Below are positions 40,716 through 52,160 of a DNA stretch of 64,000 bases, one piece after another (position 1 is the first letter of the stretch; each line of letters begins with the position of its first letter). The stretch is taken from the NCBI GenBank assembly GCA_028023455.1, contig JAQFVV010000004.1:12648001-12712000 (forward strand), read 5' to 3'. This DNA comes from Epiperipatus broadwayi. Its lineage: Eukaryota > Animalia > Onychophora. The position numbers were made by a program, and so were the translations under genes. The notes below the pieces were generated by a model that ran no database searches, was not told the origin of the DNA, and worked only from the letters and a program-made list of their open reading frames with translations.

Positions 40716-42034
40716 AAAATCAGATAAACTAATTATAATAAACAAAAACTCTGGAATAAACTCTACAATATTAAAATACCAATATTTAATAATAAATAAT
40801 AGCTATAGCCAGTAACATTTTACAGTTAAAATTAAAAAAAAAAATCTCGTTAAACCCAAGCAACACACAGTACACAGAGAAATTATATGTTTATATTATA
40901 TTCATTTAGCTCTCTGATATAAAATAGAAGACATGGTATAAGCAGATTATTTTAATAAATGTTTTTTCTGATACTGATATTGCATGTATTAAAGAGAATA
41001 AAGAAGATTAATTTTAATTTATAATGATAAATATACAAAAAACATTAGCCAACAAATTGAAAAATTAAAATTTACATTATTGGATACCTATTCTGCTGAC
41101 TCAATGAGATAGAAGTTGATTAATTGTACAGTAAAACCTTATTTAAATAAAATGTTTAGTAAAAAATGTATTTATCTATTTATCCATCTTATCCAAGGAT
41201 TTTTGGAAAGGTAAAATTACGTGAAGAAAATTGATCTATTAGACATATGTTGAATATTGGAATTTTCAAGTTTTACCAAACAGCAGTTTACATTGAAATG
41301 TTTTTGGAAGATTAATTAAGATTTGGTAAATAAATATACAATTTCATATTCATCTATAAATGGATGAGCACAGATCTGCACTGCCCAAAAACAATCCATC
41401 AAGGGGGTGCAGCAGCCCATCTTGAATCTTACAGAATTGTATACGTCTATAAAAAGATAATCTATTTGTGTGATTGGTCAAGGTGCAAGTTTAAATGTTT
41501 GTTTGCTAAAGATTTATTACTGACCAAAATTTGTTTGCCACACTTAAAAATCAATTATATAAAATGGATGACCCATAGGGTTGCTGATTTCATCTATTGT
41601 ATGCAAGTATATGTTGTCATATTATGAAGAGAATATGTTAAAAGTGTTTGGTCAATTAGATATTAAAGGGTATTTTAAATAAGTTGATGATGTGCTTATT
41701 GCTGGATCACCTATTTCAGTACACCTTTTAAATAATTTAAATATTAAACTTCATTTAGATCCCATCACAAGGGATGACTTTTGATTCATGTTAAATGCTG
41801 GTGAAGTAATTTATAATTATTATAATGACTTATTTTATTCTATGCTGATTCTCACATGCCTTTTATATTTGCTAATCATTATTCATATGAAATTGATGGC
41901 TTAAAATCAATAGCTACTTCTGAAGATTGTTTATATAAAATAAAATATTTTGATTTAACTTTATTGAAAGAACATAATATAATCAATTATAAAAATATAT
42001 GTAAAATCTTTATTAATTAGAAGATTTTTACATT

Positions 42035-42350
42035 ATCATACCATTTATACCTTTTTAGGCACTTTATCAGTACATTTATTTGTATTATTTGTATTACACT
42101 AACAGTTTTGACTGTCCTGCAGTCATTATCAGAGCTACAATATTCAAATATATAATTATACAATTATTACACTTATATATTTGAATATTGTAGCTCTGAT
42201 GATGACTGCAGGACAGTCGAAACTGTTAGTGTAATACAAATAATACAAATAAAAGAATTGATAAAGTGTCTAAAAATGTGTAAATGGTATATGTTATAAT
42301 AGAAATCAATACATAGGAAAAGAAGAAGTAGAAAATTATATTACTTCCAT
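42035..42350. mobile_element. Family C mini inverted-repeat insertion with 14-bp TSD
   Basis: Arms about 42035-42155 and 42173-42300 with a 17-nt spacer. Exact direct repeat AAGATTTTTACATT at 42021-42034 and 42351-42364. HHR motif in each arm (minus copy has CUGAUAA and AAAA mutations). Confidence 0.85.
42191..42230 (+). ncRNA. Minimal hammerhead-like motif (family C)
   Basis: uagcu CUGAUGA u gacug-cagga-caguc GAAA CUGU U agu; same helix II as 14773-14787 with a different loop base. Confidence 0.55.
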
Positions 42351-44511
42351 AAGATTTTTACATTCCAAATCAACTGGTCCTCTTACTTATAAATTGGATA
42401 AGTTACGATATTTTTATTTAGAAATTATATGTTATACAAATTTCAAAATGATAAATTATCCAATATTTAATTATAAGTTAATGAATTATTGAAAATAAGA
42501 TATAATATCAAACATATTTTATATTCATTATATAAACTTACACATAGATGGAAGAAAAAAATATTAAATAGAAAACATGGATTTCATTACCATATATAAA
42601 TAATAGAGTATGGATTATGATTACATCATCAGTCTGTTCTCGTTTTAAGATTGCATTTCATGTTGGACTAAATACTGATAGATTAGTTATTAATGGAAGG
42701 GACACTCTTGATAAAATCAACAAATGTAATATTTTATATAATGTGGTGTGTCAATGTGAATACACTTATATTGGTGAATTGAAATGTGCATTGAAAAGAG
42801 AAATCATGAACATAAAATTCTGCAAAATAAATTGTGATATTCTGCAGATAGATTTAAATCTGTATTTGTAGAATAGTCAGTTATTTGTAATGGAAGTTTT
42901 TGCTTTGATAATATTTTTATTTTATATAAAAAATGATTTGCAAAAGAGGCATATTTATAAATATGACTAACTATTTATTAAACAAATAATATAATTGTGC
43001 TAATATACAAATATTATGGAAGGTTGACTACTCACATGGAACATTAATATTCTATGATTTTAATGAGATTTCTGCTTTAAATTTTCACTATAAAATGCTA
43101 CTCAGATGTGCTATAAACTGGCCCATAGCTATTATTTATTATTGTGCATCGATATTCTGAATAGTCTAGCATCATGCCATCATTAATAGTAATCTAGCTG
43201 AAAGATAATTCATATTCCTCTCTGTTTTTTCCTGATCATTAAATCATTAATATTCTTGTATTTTGTTTATCATCATCATCACATTGTCACCATCATAGCA
43301 TTAAACAATTATCATAATGCTTAATCTTATATTAGTGGCTATTCAAATATAGTATTGAGTATGTTACCATTGTCTGTACCCTGTCTGAATCATTCTTATA
43401 TATATAATTACATATGCTTGCACTTCATCATCATCATAATGTCACCACAATCAGGTTAGACACTTAACTATCATAATGCTTAATCTTATATTAATGGCTA
43501 CTCACATATAGATATTAAGTCTTTACTCTACCAGCACCATTCTTATACATACAAATACATATAAAACTGCACCAATATTTGGCTATCTTGATATAATTCA
43601 CTTTTTGTCCTTTACATATAAAATGACTATTGAACATAGTTTTGAATACAACCACAAAAAGATCAGATAAAGAAATGATCATTACCTAATTTATAAACTG
43701 TTTTAAAAATAAACGCAAGAAATAAAAAAGAAATCCCATAAATTAGCCACATAAATTAAACAGACGTCACAAGAAATGTATTCTAAAAATTTGACATAAA
43801 ATAATACAAACACAATTTCAGACCCATAGACTGATCATAGTGTTGTAATAAATGAAACTAATGAGAATGTGAATTTAATTAAAGATCATAAAGTAGATAT
43901 ATTGGAAAGGGTAAAGATCTAAAAAAAGCACAATGGAAAAAACCCCACAATGACCTCTCTATTAAAAACACACAATTGCAGAAAAGTATTTAGTTAATCA
44001 GATGATGATGGAATCTAAACCTGAGAATGTATCGAATTCTTCAAGTGAAGATAGATTCATTTTAGAAGAAACAAATAATAATGCAAATAAATTCTAAAGT
44101 ACATCATCTAAAATATTTCAAGACACTTTAATGGTGATTATATATTAATGTTACAAACAAGTGTACCATTATTGCAGAAACCATGAATGAAAGTAATATG
44201 GTTGCACAAACCATGGATAAAAATAATGTGGATATAAAAGTCATGGATAAAGAAAAATTTGATACAAAAGATGCAGAAAAGGCTATTCCTTGTCTACAAA
44301 AATTGAAGTATATTAAAGTGGATATGCAGAAATCATTCCAAGATACATATTATAAAGTTGACATGACAACCAGAATCTTTGTGAGGTAATCAAATATAGG
44401 AAGTTTTGTAAGATATCATATAACACTTCCAATATCATTTACTTGATTACATATAAAAAGCATATTTTTGATATATTTAAAAATTCATACAATGCATTGA
44501 TTATATGTTAT

Positions 44512-45082
44512 CTTTCATTTTCAAACACTTAAGATTTGCCCATACATATATGTTTGAGTCAAAAAGATAGATGGATTCATTCTATCTTTTCCCAAAGACT
44601 TTATCTTGTGTTTGAAAAAGTAGGAGAATTCATTTATATAGTGACATCTACAAAGCGCATGTGCATTAGCTTATTGGCTTATTGTTATTACAGTTTATAA
44701 TAAAAAAAACAGCGCACTATATAAAATAAATGTCTTATTTACATATGTTTAATTTAATAAGAATGATGTATCGTAAATTCTAGAAATTTCACAAGCGTCA
44801 TTCATTCACGTAGTAAAAAAGTAATTTAAAGTAATCAATTAACAACTTCACACTCTCATTTTCAAACACTTAAGATTTGCCTATACATATACGTTTGGGT
44901 CGAAAAGATAGATGGATTCATTCTATATTTTCCCAAAGACTTTATCTTGTGTTTGAAAAAGTGAGAGTATTCATTTATACAATGACATCTACAAAGTGCA
45001 TGTGCATTAGCTTATTGGCTTATTGGTATTACAGTTTATAAAAAAAAAACATTGCGCTATATAAAATAAATGTCTTATTTAC
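44512..45082 (+). repeat. Family D tandem duplication (period 341 bp, about 1.7 units)
   Basis: cattttcaaacacttaag at 44516 and 44857; both copies continue for about 225 nt to gtcttatttaca. Confidence 0.9.
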
Positions 45083-45374
45083 AAACTAAGTATGGGAAAT
45101 TTTGCAAAGGATCATGAAACACTGACAAAATTTGCTGTGTAATAAAAGGTAGCTCATTAACAAAGGAAAGAAATGGATATCATATTCATACGGGTTCATA
45201 CAATGCTCGTTATTCGCTATAAAGTGAAATATACCATATATTATCCGAAGCTCATATAATGCATGAAACATGTCATAATTAAAAATTATTAATATATATA
45301 TATATATGCATATTTGACATATGGAATATATGACATTAATGTCAATATGCACTTTTCTTTATGCATTTCTTACA

Positions 45375-45650
45375 ACAGTAAATTTTATTTATTCCTTGAT
45401 ACTTCCTTACAGTTTTGACTGGCTAGAAGTCATCATCAGAACGGTATATTAAAATATGTATGATCACATAATCAATACCTTTTAATGTATAACTACATAT
45501 AAATAAATACATAACACATTATTTATAATATTTTATTATGTGATCATGTTTGAATATTATAGCTCTGATGAAAATAGTTGGTCACTTGAAACTATAAAGA
45601 AATATTATCAAGAAATAAATAAAATTTACTGCATTGTAAAAAGTGAGTAA
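45375..45650. mobile_element. Old family C head-to-head pair
   Basis: Minus HHR relic at about 45405-45442 (CUGAUGA u gacu..aguc AAAA CUGUA) and plus relic at about 45561-45596 (CUGAUGA...GAAAC), both followed by aaaatttactg. Confidence 0.55.
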
Positions 45651-45888
45651 AGAAAGATCAATTAAATGCTATTATTTGACTATATACAATTAATGCAAAA
45701 AAGATCAATAAGTGAAGAAAAATTATATTAGTATCATGTGTGTAGAAATAATTTTAAATATAAAAAAAATGATTAAAAATTTCTTACTGAGGTTTTGGAA
45801 AATTCAAAAGATCAAGAAATAAATTATAATTGCTTATATTTAATCTTTTTACTGAGTATTTCATTAAATAATATCACCAAATGGTCAA

Positions 45889-45991
45889 GATTTGGTGGCC
45901 GAGAGGGCAGCACAGCAGCCTTACAAGCAGTTGTCCTGGGTTTGCGGGTTCGCTTCCCGGTCGATGCTTTGACCCATGAGAGAGAAAAAAA
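45889..45991 (+). mobile_element. tRNA-Val(TAC)-derived SINE, copy 3
   Basis: Same A box, CTTACAA loop and T-arm insertion; candidate 8-bp TSD CAAATGGT at 45878-45885 and 45997-46004. Confidence 0.75.
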
Positions 45992-47434
45992 GGAATCAAA
46001 TGGTTTTAAAATATTTTATTAGATGTATTTTTAGTAAACACTTTTAATTTAATTAAAAGAGAAGGCTTAAATAATTTTACTCAGCAGATAAAAAGGTAGA
46101 TTACAATCAAACTTACGAATTTGACAACAAAATAATATATTAAAAATATTTGAAAAAAAAACTTTTGATTCACAAACTTGAATGCTTTTTCTGAAGAACT
46201 TAACAAAGGCAGAACAAATTAAATTATTTCAGATTTGAAGAGTATGTTTTTCAATTAGCATCATAGTTACTTTCAAAGTATTAGTGATTTCAAAGCAATA
46301 TAAAATTAGAAGACAGGCTTAACCAAAACCATGCATCCAAAACCATAAAGTAGCTAGCTCTCTGTATTCTGAAAAAATAGCAGTGCATCTCACCATTATG
46401 GTTTGCCCAGATTGATATGAAACAGAAAAAAAGATAATTAAACCATCCAAGCTTAAAGTTATACGCTATCAATTATCATGCTAGAACACTATTTAATTCA
46501 GGCCAACAAATAACTAGGACAAATTAAAAATAACCACTATAAAAAACACAGCATCTTAAATAATTCGCAAAAAAAAAACATTTCAATTCACTTATGTAAA
46601 TCTGCTTTAACAATATTTATAGTTATAAATTCGTTTAAATCTGCCATTCTATAGAATATTTACGATAAAGAATATTTAACTTCAAGTAATTGTGATAAAA
46701 TGTTCTTATTACAAATTATGCACGCAATAAATGTACACATAAAATCAGTAATATGTTTAAAGAAAAAAGTAAATTGATTAACTGTTATTTTAAGACTTTT
46801 TATTTTGAATTTCGTGCACATATCCTAAAAAGAAATCATTTGAAGAAAAACATATTTTGCTTTTTAAACAATAAAAGATGAAAAAAATGTGTAAATCTCG
46901 TCAAAATTTGATCTTATCTTAAATTCCAATAGAATTATTTATTTAATTGCAGTTATAACGTATGTATAATTGATTATATAATCACATTTTATAAATTGTT
47001 ATTGATTTATTAACTATGCAAGTTCTTTTCATTGATGCATAATTATTAATTATTACCTAAGGATTTTTCTTCATTGTTGAGTTATTAAAATATATTATAC
47101 ATTATCTGAGCTCTTTCTTTTATTCAAACCAATTCTTGGTCATAAGTGTGTTGAAGATAATAATAAATAGTTAAAAGCTTCAGTAGGCACACTGCCATCT
47201 TTAATTTAATCAAAGAATCTAAAATATTAATCAAACAAAACTCAAAACAATTGGCACCCTGGTTTGATGTATTGTCTGATTAATATGCAAAGCAAGAACA
47301 ATACCATATACATATTTACTATTCATTTATGATAGTCTAAATAGGTAGCTAATTCATCAACATCTTTATTTTTATTCTACTTATTGAAAGCAATATTGTA
47401 ATATTAATAAGCCAATAAGCTAATGCACATGTGC

Positions 47435-48084
47435 TTTTAAGCCAATAAACATCACATGACTGCCACTTCTTATGCTTGTGTATAACTGTTGTTAAAAGAG
47501 GTGAAACTCACTATATATATTGCCACACACAACAAGCTAGAGTAATCAATGGATGCCAGAAGGCTTGTGCATAAAATTCCCATCTAGTGCCTACTCATCC
47601 AATATCCCCAGACTAGTTTCTGGCTTAGTGAGTTATGCCTGTTTTAACAACAGTTATACACAAGCATAAGAAATGGTGGTCATGTGATGTTTATTGGCTT
47701 AAAACCAATCCCACCTAATAGGATAGTGGTGGCTATGGTTATTAAAGAACCAAAGACACCAAATTGTATGGATGGTTCAGACCCATATGACTATATAAGC
47801 AAATGGGGTTGGATTGAAAACATTAAGGTGTTTTGAGTTTAAGACTCATAGTTTTGTAGTTAAGTGGAGATAAAAGGTGGCTGCTGGATGATTGCATTAG
47901 ATCCTGAGATCTATGTGCAGTGCTCTCAGATCCAAGGCTCTGCACTGATGAAGACCACAAGCCAGAAACTAGTCTGGGGATATTGGATGAGTAGGCACTA
48001 GATGGGGATTTTATGCATAAGCCTTCTGGTATCCATTGATTACTCTAGCATGCAATACGTATAGTGAGTTTTGCCTGTTTTAAC
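47435..48084. mobile_element. Family B inverted composite (minus 47435-47626; plus 47627-48084, one full unit with 22-nt redundancy)
   Basis: agtgagtt.tgcctgttttaaca at 47627-47648 and 48063-48084 (period 436 with an internal deletion of about 13 nt). Candidate TSD CAC(AT/GC)GTGCTTT at 47426-47437 and 48084-48095. Confidence 0.88.
47940..47979 (+). ncRNA. Minimal type I hammerhead motif (family B)
   Basis: CUGAUGA (47945-47951) agaccacaagcca GAAA (47965-47968) CUAGU C ugggg. Predicted cleavage after C47974; helix II weak, proximal helix I mutated. Confidence 0.55.
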
Positions 48085-48499
48085 ACGCGTGCTTTGTAGA
48101 TTTAACTGGATAAATGAATACTCACACTTTCCAAACACAAGATAAAGTCTTTCTGAAAAGATAGATTAAATCCATCTATCTTTTCAACCCAAACATTTAT
48201 GTATGGGCAAATCTTAAGTATTTGGAAATGAGAGTGTGAAGATGTTAATCATGCTCTCATTTCCAAATACTTAAGATTGCCCATACATAGACATTTGGGT
48301 CAAAAAGATGTATGGATTCATTCTATGTTTTTGTTTTGGAAAGTGGGAGTATTCATTTATATAGTTAAATCTACAAAGCGCATGTGCATTAGATTATTGG
48401 CTTATTAATATTACAGTTTATAAAAACATTGCACTATATGTCTGAAATCAATATTGTTTTGTTTTTTTTACTGTGAATGATAATCATCTTTATATTAGC

Positions 48500-48950
48500 A
48501 TTACCCATCAGGTCACCACTTAACAATCATTATAGGAAGTCTAAATCATATATAAGCCATTATCCAACTGGATGGAGAATCATTGTTTTCTTTCAATCAT
48601 CATCATTCTCATTAATTCAATTATAAAATATCCTAATGGTCAGTTGAAGACCCACAGGTATGGCTAATATTAACCACCAGAGGGCACTAGTACATTTTCA
48701 ATTTAGAATTTTCTATCTCTACTTGTAAGTTTAAAATTCTAAATGGTAAAGAATACCCATCTTCATTCAATATATGACATACTGATGTATATAGGAAATT
48801 TAAAGTTTTACCACTGAAGATATCAATGACAAATCCTCAGTCCTTATCACTATTTTTATATATGCCCCCTAGATCTGGGAGAATATTTGTCAGACAAATA
48901 GACTCTTTATTTAGATACCATGGCATAGGATTGAAATAATGTCAGATAAC
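48500..48950 (-). pseudogene. Possible decayed Penelope-like RT fragment
   Basis: PRSRGIYKNSDK (PRxYGxxKxHK-like, about 48850-48885) and DNGLYM (DGxxMG-like, about 48550-48570) in order; weak. Confidence 0.25.
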
Positions 48951-51900
48951 ACAATAAATTTTAGTATTATATAAATAAATAAACATTTATTACAAACTCA
49001 TTACTATTATATTCTAACATTCAACATAAATATTTCATATGGTTATATATTTTATAAGTAATTTTTAAAAGTTGAAATTCATAAAACCCATAGTAAGATA
49101 AATTATCTATCAATGGTCCATAAACTCCAAAACGTAACATATATCCACATAAATATAACATTTCTATACCTCCTTCCACATATCATTATGGAATAATCTA
49201 TCAATAATATATTTAGCTTTATTTATATAAATCAACTAGCTATATATATCAACATTATTTTGTTTCAGATTTCAGTATTATAACAAGTGAACTTAACATG
49301 AATTCTAATCAGGCAAACTTATTATAATCACTTGTATGAATATTACCATCTTTTAATCACTATTGCAACATGTATTCAAAAATGATGATGGTCAATCATC
49401 ATTACATAAATAAATAATTAAACATATATCTCATTAAATTAACTTTATGCAATACTTCAAAATACATATAAAAAAAACCACATAAATAATTAAACAGGAA
49501 AAACTCTCCATACAGTTACGTGCTAGCATAAGAAATGGTGATCATGTGATGTTTAGTGGTTTAACACATAAATAATTATCACATAGACCAAAAACTCTAA
49601 AATATAGGAATAGACACATGAGTCATTAATAGGTTATTTGTATTTCAAAATTTATATAAGAATGAAGTGCATATATTTCTTAAATACCTTACAAATTTCA
49701 TGCAACTATTTCAATATTTTAATGACTATATAAATGTTTCAGCAATAGGTATATCATACTAGAAATGGAATTTCTTGTTTAAAAACTTTTAATTAAAAAA
49801 TTCAAATCTACTTTAATACTAGAAAAATACACACCACAGACATTAGCTTCAATAGGTTGCCAATAATTTTTTCAGTTTTTCTCCTATCCAGTAATAATTA
49901 GTCCTAAAAAGTATTTAATAAATCTGATAGCATTACCAAATATAAATTTCAATAAATGTTTCCCCTTTGACATATGCATTTTAATTTATGTTTTATCTAA
50001 TATTATGTAACTCTTATAATATCCCAAATAGTTAATAATTATATGTGAAGTTTAGACCCGGAAATCTGCTCTCGAATTTTAATCTTTAAAACTAGTATAG
50101 TAAAATCTTTATTTAAATAAATTCAAATTCATATAATTTAAAACATTTTGTGATAATAGTGTCAATCAATGAATAAATGACACAATAAAATAATAATTTA
50201 AGACATTTAGATGGATAAGAAAATCATTTTAAAATTTAAATAACATTCAGAAAGTATATAAATTCAAAATGACTTTTATATGATTATCTAGGATTATTGA
50301 ACGACCATAGTTCAGCATTCAGCAGTTTTCCATGGTGATTTGTAATTATGGTTTAAATATTCTTTTTTTTTTTTACAATCATTTTATTTTAGGAGCTTTA
50401 TATTATACAAAGTTTAAGGTTTACATTTATGATGTAGGATCCTGGGTTTCTTATTATCTTTGCCACAATCAGGTTTCTACAAATTTTGGAAGATTGTTTT
50501 TGTCACCATTGGTTTCCATTGGTAGTAATTATTTATATTACATTGGCTTATAATTGATTCAAAGTTGATTTACTTATAGATGGTTATATGCTCCCAAAAC
50601 CAATCTTATTGAAGTTGGTTCTATGCACGCAGGGAGTAAATCCCAAAGGAAAACTAACCAGTCATACAAAAGATTTTTGATGTACCTAAAGAAGTTTTTA
50701 CTTATTGCATATTAGCTTGATGATAACAATGATGTTGAAGACCAAAAAAGAATAAGAACAAAGCAAAATATTTTTTAGTACTAATCTATTTGTATTAAAT
50801 GTTTATCTAAAGGAGAGTTAATACTTTAATTACTTCCAATGCATAAGCTTGTGGTTAAGACCTGTAGAGATCCCTACCTTCGCATTTTCAATGGCACATG
50901 CTTTAGTTTTCACGTTCATTGCCTTAGTAAATATTATTTAATTACTAAGATAAAGTCATTGTAACAATTTTATATTTCTTGTCTCATGAAAGATTTATAA
51001 CCAAAGAAATAATATGAACAGCAAAATATAAATAAAGATTATGCATACCAAATTAAAATTATAATATTTAAATTAATTAATTTTTGATAATATAATACTA
51101 ATATAATACATATCAAATTTATTTCTAATTTTTATAATTTTTGAAACAAAGGATTGAACTTTTTTTTTGTTCTTCAAAAAAAAAAAACTTTTTTTAAAGA
51201 AAACTATTTTATTAAAACCAAAATTTTATGTGTCTCTATAATATTCACAGAATTTAAGTATAGTGTATAAAATCGTATTTTATAACATTTAGCTGGCTGT
51301 AATATAATTTCAATTTTAATATATTATCTTCAATTAAACTTCTCTTTTACTAACTACATAATATGAGTAAGAAATATATATTTCTATCTATTTCAATTTA
51401 GTTGCAATAAATATTAGTTCTCATTTATTTTCCATTACTGTGTGTGTGTGTTGTGTGTGTGTGTGTGTTGTGTGAGTGTGTTGAAATGAATAATCTAGCA
51501 TCTCTGAATAATTTTTAAAATTTTTTATTTATAAGAAATTTTATTTATAAATACATCAACCTTTTTAAAATTTATAATGCAGATAAATTGGAGTTGATAC
51601 TTTTTTAGATTACTGAATAATAACAAATTACATTGACTTTATGATATTTTATTATCAAGTTTGTACAATAATGCAATCAACTAAAATATTCTAAAATACT
51701 ATCTATCAAAATCCAAACCATACAAATGTTGATAACATAATTATCATTTTCACATTGATGTCGTAATTAGAGTATACCCCCCGACTTTGTCAAAATCCAA
51801 ACATTCTTTTTATGTTTGTTCATGTCTTTTTTGCTTCTTCCTTTAAATTAAAAATCTAAAAATAAAGTAGTGGTCATTTCAGTATTATAATCCAGTACCA

Positions 51901-52121
51901 TTATTTGACATTATTAGATCGTTTGAATGAAAGTCAAAAAGTTCAAGTACTTCTGCTTATAGTTTCTAGAAGTATATACATTTTAAAACAATAACAGGAT
52001 AGCTTACTTATTGGAAAAAGTTTATTTTATCACTACTTTTATGTTCCCTTGTGTAAACTTTAGTAATTAATAGATTCCAGATGGTAGTGTTTAATAAATA
52101 CTTCTTCCCCTATTCAAATAT

Positions 52122-52160
52122 CCCAGACTAGTTTCTAGCTTACGTTTTCATCAATGAGAG
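52122..52160 (-). repeat. Family B HHR relic
   Basis: Minus strand ctctcaTTGATGA...GAAACTAGTCTGGG; C3 mutated. Confidence 0.6.

Larger units (their letters stand above)
41050..43050 (+). pseudogene. Penelope-like element (RT plus GIY-YIG endonuclease), dead, interrupted by a family C insertion
   Basis: PRIFGKVKLREE (41193-41228), NQLYKMDD, YYEENML, YFK*VDDVLI (41671-41700), then RDTLDKINKCNILYNVVCQCEYTYIGE (about 42700-42780): PLE RT and GIY-YIG motifs in order. Confidence 0.8.
47390..48440. repeat. Family D head-to-head pair (minus 47390-48245, split by a family B insertion; plus 48250-48440)
   Basis: Flanks of the B insertion rejoin as aataagccaataagctaatgcacatg.gctttgtagat (family D, minus); the plus copy matches 44853-45060. 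Confidence 0.75.
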
